The notes below the pieces were generated by a model. It was not told the origin of the DNA. It did no database searches and saw only the letters and a list, made by a program, of their open reading frames with translations. This document shows, piece by piece, positions 25,098-37,920 of a stretch of 64,000 nt of DNA; positions within the stretch are counted from its first letter, which is position 1, and every line of letters starts with the position of its first letter. Origin of the DNA: Neoechinorhynchus agilis (lineage: Eukaryota > Animalia > Acanthocephala); assembly GCA_051530055.1 (NCBI GenBank), contig CM121342.1, positions 3,967,489-4,031,488 of the forward strand. The letters run 5' to 3'. The translations under genes and the position numbers were made by a program.

Positions 25098-28081
25098 CAA
25101 TAAATCCTTTAGGACGTAGCATCGACATTGAGCGGATCAGAATCGTCGCTAAGGAAAGAAGATTTAAAGGATCAATCAACAATAAATCCTTTAGGACGTA
25201 AGATCGATATTGAGCGGCTCAGAATCGTCGCTAAGGAAAGAAGATTTAAAGGATCAATCAACAATAAATCCTTTAGGACGTGCGATTGATATTGAACGGA
25301 TCAGAATGGTCGCCAGGGTAAGAAGATTTAAAGCATCAATAAACAATAAATCCTTTAGGACGTAAGATCGATATTGAGCCGACCGAGCCGTCGCTAAGGA
25401 AAGAAGATTTAAAGGATCAATCAACAATAAATCCTTTAGGACGTGGGATCGATATTGAGCCGACCGGAGCCGTCGCTAAGGAAAGAAGATTTAAAGGATA
25501 AATTAACAATAAATCCTTTAGGACGTGCGATTGATATTGAACGGATCAGAATGGTCGCCAGGGTAAGAAGATTTAAAGCATCAATAAACAATAAATCCTT
25601 TAGGACGTAGCATCGACATTGAGCGGATCAGAATCGTCGCTAAGGAAAGAAGATTTAAAGGATCAATCAACAATAAATCCTTTAGGACGTGGGATCGATA
25701 TTGAGCGGCTCAGAATCGTCGCTAAGGAAAGAAGATTTAAAGGATAAATTAACAATAAATCCTTTAGGACGTGCGATTGATATTGAACGGATCAGAATGG
25801 TCGCCAGGGTAAGAAGATTTAAAGCATCAATAAACAATAAATCCTTTAGGACGTAATCGAATTGAGCGACGACGTCGCTAAGGAAAGAAGATTTAAAGGA
25901 TCAATCAACAATAAATCCTTTAGGACGTGGGATCGATATTGAGCCGACCGGAGCCGTCGCTAAGGAAAGAAGATTTAAAGGATAAATTAACAATAAATCC
26001 TTTAGGACGTGATTGATATTGACGGATCAGAATGGGGGTTTGTAATAACAATAAATCCTTTAGGACGTAGCATCGACATTGAGCGGATCAGAATCGTCGC
26101 TAAGGAAAGAAGATTTAAAGGATCAATCAACAATAAATCCTTTAGGACGTGGGATCGATATTGAGCGGCTCAGAATCGTCGCTAAGGAAAGAAGATTTAA
26201 AGGATAAATTAACAATAAATCCTTTAGGACGTGCGATTGATATTGAACGGATCAGAATGGTCGCCAGGGTAAGAAGATTTAAAGCATCAATAACAATAAA
26301 TCCTTTAGGACGTAGCATCGACATTGAGCGGATCAGAATCGTCGCTAAGGAAAGAAGATTTAAAGGATCAATAAATCTTTGGACGTGGGATCGAATGAGC
26401 GCGAGCGTCGCTAAGGAAAGAAGATTTAAAGGATTCAACAATAAATCCTTTAGGCGTGGGATCGATATTGAGCGGCTCAGAATCGTCGCTAAGGAAAGAA
26501 GATTTAAAGGATAAATTAACAATAAATCTTTGGGTTGAATGAGCGACGAGTCGCTAGGAAGAAGATTTAAAGGATAATAACAATAAATCTTTTAGGACGT
26601 GGGATCGATATTGAGCGGTCAGATCGTCGCTAAGGAAAGAAGATTTAAAGGATCAATCAACAATAAATCCTTTAGGACGTGGGATCGATATTGAACGGAT
26701 CAGAATTGTCGCTAAGGAAAGAAGATTTAAAGGATAAATTAACAATAAATCTTTTAGGACGTGGGATCGATATTGAGCGGATCAGAATCGTCGCTAAGGA
26801 AAGAAGATTTAAAGGATCAATCAACAATAAATCCTTTAGGACGTGGATCGATATTGAGCGGATCAGAATCGTCGCTAAGGAAAGAAGATTTAAAGGATAA
26901 TCAACAATAAATCTTTTAGGACGTGGATCGATATTGAGCGGATCAGAATCGTCGCTAAGGAAAGAAGATTTAAAGGATCAATCAACAATAAATCCTTTAG
27001 GACGTGGGATCGATATTGACGGATCAGAATGTCGCTAAGGAAAGAAGATTTAAAGGATAATAACAATAAATCTTTTTGGACGTGGGATCGATATGAGCCG
27101 ACGAGCGTCGCTAAGGAAAGAAGATTTAAAGGATCAATCAACAATAAATCCTTTAGGACGTGGATGATATTGACGGATCAGAATGTCGCTAAGGAAAGAA
27201 GATTTAAAGGATAATAACAATAAATCTTTTAGGACGTGGGATCGATATTGAGCGGATCAGAATCGTCGCTAAGGAAAGAAGATTTAAAGGATCAATAACA
27301 ATAAATCTTTAGGACGTGGGATCGATATTGAGCGGTCAGAATCGTCGCTAAGGAAAGAAGATTTAAAGGATTAACAAACTTTGGACGTGATCGAATGAGC
27401 GCGAGTGGGGTTAATAAATCTTTAGGACGTGGGATCGATATTGAGCGACGACGTCGCTAAGGAAAGAAGATTTAAAGGATAAATTAACAATAAATCCTTT
27501 AGGACGTGCGATTGATATTGAACGGATCAGAATGGTCGCCAGGGTAAGAAGATTTAAAGCATCAATAAACAATAAATCCTTTAGGACGTAGCATCGACAT
27601 TGAGCGGATCAGAATCGTCGCTAAGGAAAGAAGGTTGGAGATTTAAGGATAATAACAATAAATCTTTTGGACGTGGGATCGAATTGAGCGGATCAGAATC
27701 GTCGCTAGGAAAGAAGATTTAAAGGATCAATTAAATCTTTAGACGTGATGATATTGACGGTGTCGTAGGAAGAAGATTTAAAGGATATAACAATAAATCT
27801 TTGGACGTGATGAATTGACGGATCAGAATGTCGTAAGGAAAGAAGATTTAAAGGATCAATCAACAATAAATCCTTTAGGACGTGGGATCGATATTGAGCG
27901 GCTCAGAATCGTCGCTAAGGAAAGAAGATTTAAAAGATAAATTAACAATAAATCTTTTTGGACGTGGGATCGATAATGAGCCGAACAGAGCCGTCGCTAA
28001 GGAAAGAAGATTTAAAGGATCAATCAACAATAAATCCTTTAGGACGTAAGATTGATATTGAGCCGACCGGAGCCGTCGCTA
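25098..28081. repeat. 82-bp satellite, ~36 copies, with unit variants and internal inverted repeats
   Basis: caataaatcctttaggacgt at 25098, 25180, 25262, 25344 and onward, with recurring variant classes. Confidence 0.95.
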
Positions 28082-28666
28082 TGGTAACCAGATGAAAAAG
28101 ATGCAAAAAACTCGATATGAACTACATTTGAGCGAATGGATGATAATTCAGGGAACACGAGTTAACAACCTGTCACTCATTGTCACCGAGATTATTGTTA
28201 AGTGCGTTGCTTGTCTTTCTTATTGAATTCTTCCGTGGTCTTTTGTACGTATTGTTTGTCATCATTGGTTCGATTATTGCCGATCTTCTTTTGTTGGGTT
28301 TGGACCCGAACGGACTTCCCCCGACCGGATATTCCCATCCTAACGGATACGCTTTTTTGAACAACTCTGAACTCGAGTATGAGGAAGCAAAGACGCGTGG
28401 GTCCTCCTATTTCTTTATATTCTGAACAATTAACGTGTTATTTTAATGGGAAAATTGCATGTGGCGAAAAAATTATATCAAAAAATGAATTATATTGAAA
28501 TATTTCGTCCAATCGCACTGGACGTCTTCAATCAGGTATTCCATTTCTGTTATATTCACACTTGGATTTCTTGGATAACTAGAGCTTTTCCTTAGTTTTT
28601 GCACGATCCAGCCGTGGGTGTTAGTTTACTAATCTATATTTCCCCCGATATTTCACTTGTCGGCAA

Positions 28667-28930
28667 ATAATTCCAACATTCCCCCCCCCCGAGGTTTGCG
28701 ATTGCTTGCAAGCTTTTAAATGTGTAAGTTCGTGTTTAAAAGCTTACAAGCAATCACAAACCTCTGGGGGGGAGAATGTTGGAATTATCCGAGAGGTCGG
28801 AGGGCGGAGAAACAAATGTTGTTGATTCAACAACAACTTTCTTCATTTCATTGATAGTTGCAACGTTTTTAACCTCCCCGATGACTGATTATCAGTCATC
28901 GGGGAGGTTAATAAGGTTGCAACTATCAAT
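28667..28930. other. Cluster of three long stem-loops
   Basis: Arms 28667-28720 / 28735-28789; 28817-28836; and 28850-28889 / 28891-28930, the last including a perfect 19-bp palindrome aacctccccgatgactgat-t-atcagtcatcggggaggtt. Confidence 0.85.
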
Positions 28931-30348
28931 AAATTGGAATTCCCCCCCCCGATTGAAATCCCTTCTCAGGATCGAAAAAACTTGCAATCCAAGGACTTCA
29001 CACACCCCCAAAGGTCGGTTCTCAGCCACACACAATCTTTCCATCGTTTTCTCGGCCGACGAAGAAATTCTTCGATGTTTCGACAAGGCACACAAGGTTG
29101 TTTGGAACGATTCCTTTCATTTGCTTCCAAAGAACCTTTTGTGATAAACGCGTACAAGATTGTGCCTTGTCGAACACAATCGGATTTTTGAAAATAAAAT
29201 CATCTTTCCAAGCAGCCGTCTCAGTTCGTCACCAGTGACAACCAAGGAAACCACCATCGCAATATTCCGCACGATCGAGAATATCCTCATTCCGGCAAAC
29301 TTGGAAATGCAGCGGAACATCCTTGAGAAACGCACGTTCGGATGACGTCCGTCGTAATTTTGTCGTCGTCGACCGTCATCCTCCGGATCCGCCATCCGCT
29401 CCAAATTCCGACTCCGTCCTTCATCTTCCTCCTTCATCCACTTCAAATTCCCCGATTCGTAGTCCACTCCAAATTTCGGATCCATCATCCACTCCAAATT
29501 CAGTGGATCACAAGGACCCAGAGGTACATGATAACTTGGTGTTATTATCTTAATTTCTACGCCACATAAAACAACCACTTTATGAACAATTCAATCTTCA
29601 AACATTTATAGAATAAGGAAAATTTGACGAGGAATCAATAGAAAACCGTGAAGCTTGTTGCGTAGACCACCAGAGCGTTTATTATGGTCATGGTTTGGGT
29701 CGAATGACTAAAAAAATATGGTGAACATTTCGATAAAGTTTCTCCTTTAAATCTGCTTAATATAATCCGTTAATTTTCAATAGAGAAAATAATTCGGGTT
29801 AGTCAAAGTATATACTTTTGATGAAAATACTCCCGGTAATAGCATATTTAATTTGGTAACCTCGCCTCATCAGTCATCTAAAAATGTTAGTGTTCGATAT
29901 GTCACCTATGTATCTACTTCTCTAGAATATAAAAAGAGGTTGGATATTGTCCAGGAATTCCACACTAATTTCGTGTCGTTAGAACTATATCCTATGTTAA
30001 AAGTATGCTTTTCATTAAAACGAGCTCTTCTAGGCAGTCTTTTAAGTGTTTTTTAGATCGTCCTTAATCTTTAAGTTTGTAGTGAACCTTTAGCCTGAAA
30101 TGTCAATTTTATTGAAAGTTGGAGGATTGATTTGACTTCCAAGAAATCATAATCCGTTAATGTCTTGGATTATCTGCTCGGCTGCCAAATTATTGTTTTC
30201 ATTTACGAACATTCATTACGAAAAAGCTACATAACTTTTTTTGAAGCATTGAGAAAACTGGAATAATCCGTTAAGGTTAGTGAACCTATTATAAAAATAG
30301 AAATCTTCCTTTTTTCCAATAGATACACACAATCACGGTTTCTTCGAT

Positions 30349-33220
30349 TCAATCATCGCGTTTCTTAATCGGTTTCATGATCGAAGCAGCTGATCGGAAT
30401 AACTTTTTCCTTTCCTTCCTTTCAGCTTTAGATTCTACATTCTTCGATTTCCTTTTCTTAATTACTTGTGGTTCAAACGTAATGACAACATTACCACCAT
30501 CTGATTGTTGTTCGTCCATACAATCACCATCGACGGCTAATTTCTTCATTCGGTCAACAAACGGCTTATCTTGCTCACTATCTGAGTCGTTTTCAGTCAT
30601 AATATCGAAATCTATGTGAATGTGAGAATCTTCAATGTCATCGGAGACCATATCGACGAATGCTTCGGTACGTTCGATTTTTTTTTCAATAGATCCAGTC
30701 GAAACCATTTTTCCTTTATTGATCATACGTTTGTAATGCTCACTCACTTCATTTGGATCGAATTGAAAATCATCGTTTTCGAATAAATCCGCAAATCTTT
30801 TGTCCTCTAAAACAGAATCCTTGGCTCGACTTTTTAGTTGTTCGTATAATTCTGAATTGACTTTTACACTGTTTGGTACACTTTCATCCTTTTTCTCTTG
30901 TACTTTTTGAACAGATTCATGTTTCAATTTTCCAAACTTAATGGCGGCTTTGTCGTAAATGGTCTTTTCCACGATGAATCCGTTACTGTGACGGCTTCAA
31001 TAAAGTATGGAATTATTATGTTTAGAAGTCTTCACCTGCGGCGGTAAATGATTATTTCGATTAAAAAGACGTTCTGCACTAGAACACGATGCGGGCGATC
31101 GATTACTTTTACCTTTAGAGAAACTTAAAAGAGATTTGAAATTAAAAACGTTTTATTTTAAGTCTTTTTTTAAGCAGTCCGTCTGAATTTAGAATTATCA
31201 TTGAACGCAAGTTCAAAACCACTCATGTGCCACCCGGCAATATTCTAATCCATAAGATGAAACGCCTTTGACAGAGACTATTGAATGTATTTGTAAAGAC
31301 GAGCAGCGATGCATAATCTTTATTGGACTAATCGCCGGGTGGCACATGAGTGGTTTTGAACTTTGTTGTTGCGTTCAATGATAATTCTAAATTCAGACGG
31401 ACTGCTTAAAAAAGACTTAAAATAAAACGTTTTTAATTAAATATTTATAATCGACATTATAGTGAATAATTGTCGGTCAAATAATTCAATTCTTGCTTTA
31501 GGTCCCGATTTTCGAACGATGATACTACCAAGGTTCGCACGTCTCTCCAGGTATAGTTTTTACGGTTTTCATTTCTCTCATGGTCCTCTTCTTTGTAAAT
31601 CAACAACTCATTGATGAGTCCCGCCTCTTCCTCGGGAGGTATCTGAGAATCTGGAGGAATGTTTCAGCGGAATATAAAGTGATTTTATGCGCTTCCCTAG
31701 ACCAGATCGGTGATCTATGTGCCCATGGGAAATTATCAGCCGTGTGATAAAAAGGCCACACATTGATACTTAATAAAAGTTACCGGCTGGTCAATCTTCA
31801 AGGAAAGGAGAGATTGTTGAGGCTGGCGGAAGATTCTCCTTTAGGTTCATTTTGGGTGCAAAAGAAGATTCCTTCCAAAACACATATTTGATAGATACGA
31901 ATCCCGTCGTAATTTCTCAATTCTTAAGGATGGAAGGCCCACGCTCAGGGCGAAAATTAATTAATCTATAATTCTTTAATTACACGCCAAATATCAATTT
32001 AAAAATGGCAAATAAATATTCAAAGACATAAAAGCCTTCACATTCTGCATAAGATAAGGATGGGCAAAGCTAGTGGACAAATACTTGCCCAAGTCCAGCT
32101 CCTCAAGTTCATTTCTACTAACAAATCTATAGCCATCATAAGCGTCGTTCCAAACGACGGATTCCTTTAGTTCTTCTACGATTGTGTCTAAATAGGAGCA
32201 CCATGTAGGCGCCGGTCCCAGATCAGGTATAAAATAAGTATGAATCTTGGGAGAATCTGTTGGGACGAATATCAAACCGGATCCGCGTTGTGGAATACAC
32301 ATTGAGTTTATTTTTTTTGTAGACGGCACAACAAGTTTTTGATGGCCATTTGTATGATTGAATATTCGCAGGTATCGTCGATCACAAGTGGCGACTTGTT
32401 GATCATGAATAAACATGGTTTCGATTACGTGTACGCCGTTGTCTTTGGAAATCAATGGATTCGATGAACGAATATCGTATATATGAACGAGTCCATTCGA
32501 TGTCCCAATAGCCATTCTATAAGGAGCTTCAGGATCGAAATCGATTGCAGTCACTGAAGGTTGTCTAAACGTTGCCGGAATCGTACATTTTGCAACCATT
32601 GTTCGTGCTCGAGGATCCCACATTTGAACATGACCCCAAGTTGTTCCAACAGCGAGAAAATTGAATTCATTGTTAAGACAACATCGTTTGCATTCGTCGT
32701 GAATGTCGAATGGTGCCATAAAACGGCCGTGTTCAAGATTAAGTCGATGTATTTTACTTTCGCCCGCAATGTATAGTTCTGCTTGTTCGGACGAGAAGAC
32801 CATATCACTCGCTACCACAGGCACTCGCATTCTAAAATATCTAAGACCGTTCACATGAAACTCAAGTCGGCGGTCTTCTAAAAGAAAAACCAGTTTGGAA
32901 AAGTCAGGAGATAGAAAACACGTCTTCACGATTTCATAATCCATTCCTTGCTCGTACTTCATCGATGTTTCCGAAAGTTCGTAACAACGAACTCGAGGCT
33001 TATATGTCCCAGCCGCGATTGCGTATCGTCCGTCCGGACTAACTTTTACTTCATGGCAAACATCGGGCATTTCAAAGTCTTGAATGAGTTGGATGTGTCG
33101 TCGAAGATCCGGATTTCGGTTGAGGTGTTTACGTTTATCAACCGAAGATAGGAATTCGGGTAAATTCACGTCCGCGTTGAGGTGGTAAATGTAAGTGCCG
33201 TTGCTAGATATTCGTTTCAT
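30349..33220 (-). CDS. NOL10: Nucleolar protein 10 / Enp2 (WD40 + NUC153), two exons separated by a ~1.06-kb insertion
   Basis: HIQLIQDFEMP...GTYKPRVRCYEL...IPDLGPAPTWCSYLDTIVEELKE. The second exon resumes T AAC GGA TTC (NGFIVEKTIY, cf. HGFFMDIRLY) and contains DKRFADLFENDDFQFD. Confidence 0.92.
31140..31438. mobile_element. MITE/foldback-like element with ~100-bp inverted arms inside the NOL10 intron
   Basis: 31140-31237 is the reverse complement of 31334-31438 (one short indel), with a ~96-nt spacer. Confidence 0.8.
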
Positions 33221-34002
33221 CTATAAACAAAATTCCGTTTTATTCAAACAAAATTTTTAAAATTTGAAGTGGTCAGAAACATCAATCGAAATAAAAATTT
33301 TCCAATGATTTTCTCGTTTATGTCATTCAAACAAATTTTAAAATAGCTTTTTTAAACATTGAATTCGAGTGGTTAAATATTTTATTATTATGCGGCCGCT
33401 TTTTTTCAAACCCCAAGAAATAATTAACAAAAAAAATGAATATTGATAAATTCAAATCAATCGAAATAAAATCCAGACGAATTTTTTAGCTCAAAATGAA
33501 TTTTAAGTTATGATATTAACTATAAAATCCAGGCGAATTCGTGCAACAAAAAACTATTTCGTTATTGACGACGAATAAAGACTTATTTTCAAATGATTTT
33601 CTCGTTTATGTCATTCAAACAAATTTTAAAAAGTTGAGTGGTTAGAAACATCAATCCAAATAAAATCTAAGCGAATTTTGATTAATGATCTCAAAATAAA
33701 ATCCAGGCGAATATTAATTAAACTATTAAAGTTTTGGAAAAATTCTTCAAAAAATTACGGTATAAAGAGCGAATTTATCTTCGTTTGCAATTCGCGTAAG
33801 AAGCACCGAAATCAACAATAGTTTCAAAGATATTGAAGCCAAAAACAAAGCAACGTTCAAAATCTGAATGGTAACGAAATAATTAGCGAAGATCTTAGTT
33901 GCAGAAAGCTGTAAAGCGTTAGAATCAATGGAAGAATCAAAATTCGTGACGTGTTTGGACATCAAAATTGAAAATATCATGAATCGAAGGAAAGGCTCAG
34001 CC

Positions 34003-37000
34003 TGTTGTAATAGCTGGCGTCAGTAGATCGAAAAATCTACTTTCGCCGAACAAAAATGGTTTTTTTATTCAACATAACACGGAAAACGTTAGCATGAACC
34101 TTATGACGTCGTTAATGTTCACTACATAGCCCCTCAAGAAGGTTCTTCCTTTTTTTGCGAGGTCTGCCTCCTTTAGGAGGTTGAGCGAGAATGACGGGTG
34201 ATGATGGATCGATATACGCTTGTTTGAGGCGGTCTATCGATACGTTCTCTGGTTTTCCACCGAGATCGATCATGAAAAACTTTTCGTTGCGATCAAGTGC
34301 TTTGTAAGGTCCGGTATCCGGCAGCTGTATAGGATTCCCATGCTGAGGGCGTTCTGCTGCCGAGGAACCTTGACGTCGTTAATGGTCACTACATAGCCCC
34401 TCAAGAAGGTTCTTCCTTTTTTTGCGAGGTCTGCCTCTTTAGGAGGTTGAGCGAGAATGACGGGTGATGATGGATCGATATACGCTTGTTTGAGGCGGTC
34501 TATCGATACGTTCTCTGGTTTTCCACCGAGATCGATCATGAAAAACTTTTCGTTGCGATCAAGTGCTTTGTAAGGTCCGGTATCCGGCAGCTGTATAGGA
34601 TTCCCATGCTGAGGGCGTTCTGCTGCCGAGGAACCTTGACGTCGTTAATGGTCACTACATAGCCCCTCAAGAAGGTTCTTCCTTTTTTTGCGAGGTCTGC
34701 CTCCTTTAGGAGGTTGAGCGAGAATGACGGGTGATGATGGATCGATATACGCTTGTTTGAGGCGGTCTATCGATACGTTCTCTGGTTTTCCACCGAGATC
34801 GATCATGAAAAACTTTTCGTTGCGATCAAGTGCTTTGTAAGGTCCGGTATCCGGCAGCTGTATAGGATTCCCATGCTGAGGGCGTTCTGCTGCCGAGGAA
34901 CCTTGACGTCGTTAATGGTCACTACATAGCCCCTCAAGAAGGTTCTTCCTTTTTTTGCGAGGTCTGCCTCCTTTAGGAGGTTGAGCGAGAATGACGGGTG
35001 ATGATGGATCGATATACGCTTGTTTGAGGCGGTCTATCGATACGTTCTCTGGTTTTCCACCGAGATCGATCATGAAAAACTTTTCGTTGCGATCAAGTGC
35101 TTTGTAAGGTCCGGTATCCGGCAGCTGTATAGGATTCCCATGCTGAGGGCGTTCTGCTGCCGAGGAACCTTGACGTCGTTAATGGTCACTACATAGCCCC
35201 TCAAGAAGGTTCTTCCTTTTTTTGCGAGGTCTGCCTCCTTTAGGAGGTTGAGCGAGAATGACGGGTGATGATGGATCGATATACGCTTGTTTGAGGCGGT
35301 CTATCGATACGTTCTCTGGTTTTCCACCGAGATCGATCATGAAAAACTTTTCGTTGCGATCAAGTGCTTTGTAAGGTCCGGTATCCGGAGCTGTATAGGA
35401 TTCCCATGCTGAGGGCGTTCTGCTGCCGAGGAACCTTGACGTCGTTAATGGTCACTACATAGCCCCTCAAGAAGGTTCTTCCTTTTTTTGCGAGGTCTGC
35501 CTCTTTAGGAGGTTGAGCGAGAATGACGGGTGATGATGGATCGATATACGCTTGTTTGAGGCGGTCTATCGATACGTTCTCTGGTTTTCCACCGAGATCG
35601 ATCATGAAAAACTTTTCGTTGCGATCAAGTGCTTTGTAAGGTCCGGTATCCGGCAGCTGTATAGGATTCCCATGCTGAGGGCGTTCTGCTGCCGAGGAAC
35701 CTTGACGTCGTTAATGGTCACTACATAGCCCCTCAAGAAGGTTCTTCCTTTTTTTGCGAGGTCTGCCTCTTTAGGAGGTTGAGCGAGAATGGGGGATGAT
35801 GGATCGATATACGCTTGTTTGAGGCGGTCTATCGATACGTTCTCTGGTTTTCCACCGAGATCGATCATGAAAAACTTTTCGTTGCGATCAAGTGCTTTGT
35901 AAGGTCCGGTATCCGGCAGCTGTATAGGATTCCCATGCTGAGGGCGTTCTGCTGCCGAGGAACCTTGACGTCGTTAATGGTCACTACATAGCCCCTCAAG
36001 AAGGTTCTTCCTTGCGAGGTCTGCCTCCTAGGAGGTTGAGCGAGAATGACGGGTGATGATGGATCGATATACGCTTGTTTGAGGCGGTCTATCGATACGT
36101 TCTCTGGTTTTCCACTGAGATCGAGCATGAAAAACTTTTCGTTGCGATCAAGTGCTTTGTAAGGTCCGGTATCCGGCAGCTGTATAGGATTCCCATGCTG
36201 AGGGCGTTCTGCTGCCGAGGAACCTTATGACGTCGTTAATGGTCACTACATAGCCCCTCAAGAAGGTTCTTCCTTTTTTTGCGAGGTCTGCCTCCTTTAG
36301 GAGGTTGAGCGAGAATGACGGGTGATGATGGATCGATATACGCTTGTTTGAGGCGGTCTATCGATACGTTCTCTGGTTTTCCACTGAGATCGAGCATGAA
36401 AAACTTTTCGTTGCGATCAAGTGCTTTGTAAGGTCCGGTATCCGGCAGCTGTATAGGATTCCCATGCTGAGGGCGTTCTGCTGCCGAGGAACCTATGACG
36501 TCGTTAATGGTCACTACATAGCCCCTCAAGAAGGTTCTTCCTTTTTTTGCGAGGTCTGCCTCCTTTAGGAGGTTGAGCGAGAATGACGGGTGATGATGGA
36601 TCGATATACGCTTGTTTGAGGCGGTCTATCGATACGTTCTCTGGTTTTCCACTGAGATCGATCATGAAAAACTTTTCGTTGCGATCAAGTGCTTTGTAAG
36701 GTCCGGTATCCGGCAGCTGTATAGGATTCCCATGCTGAGGGCGTTCTGCTGCCGAGGAACCTTATGACGTCGTTAATGGTCACTACATAGCCCCTCAAGA
36801 AGGTTCTTCCTTTTTTTGCGAGGTCTGCCTCCTTTAGGAGGTTGAGCGAGAATGACGGGTGATGATGGATCGATATACGCTTGTTTGAGGCGGTCTATCG
36901 ATACGTTCTCTGGTTTTCCACTGAGATCGAGCATGAAAAACTTTTCGTTGCGATCAAGTGCTTTGTAAGGTCCGGTATCCGGCAGCTGTATAGGATTCCC

Positions 37001-37323
37001 ATGCTGAGGGCGTTCTGCTGCCGAGGAACCTTGACGTCGTTAATGGTCACTACATAGCCCCTCAAGAAGGTTCTTCCTTTTTTTGCGAGGTCTGCCTCCT
37101 TTAGGAGGTTGAGCGAGAATGACGGGTGATGATGGATCGATATACGCTTGTTTGAGGCGGTCTATCGATACGTTCTCTGGTTTTCCACTGAGATCGAGCA
37201 TGAAAAACTTTTCGTTGCGATCAAGTGCTTTGTAAGGTCCGGTATCCGGCAGCTGTATAGGATTCCCATGCTGAGGGCGTTCTGCTGCCGAGGAACCTTA
37301 TGACGTCGTTAATGGTCACTACA
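34003..37323 (-). mobile_element. Non-autonomous Ty3/Gypsy LTR derivative amplified into a 242-bp tandem array (~13 copies)
   Basis: The unit encodes an integrase C-terminal tail (TGPYKALDRNEKFFMLDLSGKPENVSIDRLKQAY), then a GAGGGG purine tract and the LTR start TGTAGTG. Complete ~124-bp LTR at 34003-34126 with AATAAA; whole element TG...CA; 4-bp TSD agcc at 33999-34002 and 37324-37327. Confidence 0.88.
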
Positions 37324-37920
37324 AGCCTCACAAATTCTCTTGCAAATTCGAGAATTTATGAGGATCCAAAGATACATGGGTCCTTTTCTTTGTTAATTAA
37401 CAAGTAATTCCACAAGGCGGGGTTCCTGTATTTCCGGGGAGAGACGTAGAAGCGACATCGACGTTTCAGAGGAAGAAGTTTTTGTGCAGGGAAGGAAAGA
37501 GACGTTAAAAGGAAGGAACCCGTTTTCTGGGTACAAAGCTTACTAGAAATTTTTCTTCGAAAACAGTAAGTATCGGCGAACAGTCGAAGCCCAATGACGA
37601 TCGATGCTGCTTTTTTGTGGCTCAGAGGGCGTTTAAAAATGAAAGATAAAATTTTTGAAATTTATCCATAAAATAAGATAATAAGGAATCGGGTGGAAAA
37701 TGCGCCTTCCGCGTTTTAAGACATTCAGCCATTCTGGATTTATGGTCGCAGAGGGACTGAGTGTTTTTCGGTCAGGTGAAATGAATCCATCAGGCTGGTG
37801 ATTGTAGCATTTTGACAAGCTAAAAACGCTTCTTTTCCGAATACTCCATTCGCCTGATCGTTAACTCGATCCACTTTTAAATTTTAAGCAGTGAAGTGAG
37901 ACAAAGTGGAGTCACTACTT

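Noticed and set aside
26142-27214. Repeat-protein ORFs in the 82-bp array
   Set aside because: The unit length is not a multiple of 3, and frames open only through indels.
25098-28081. CRISPR-like repeat-spacer array
   Set aside because: The variable parts are related variants that recur rather than unique spacers; there are no cas genes and the context is a eukaryotic intron-containing genome.
28173-28425. 81-aa hydrophobic ORF and its antisense ORF
   Set aside because: No family motif, paralogue or splice support; cannot tell which strand, if either, is coding.
34270-36568. Tandem small protein genes
   Set aside because: Frame-shifted readings of the Gypsy integrase tail in the 242-bp unit.
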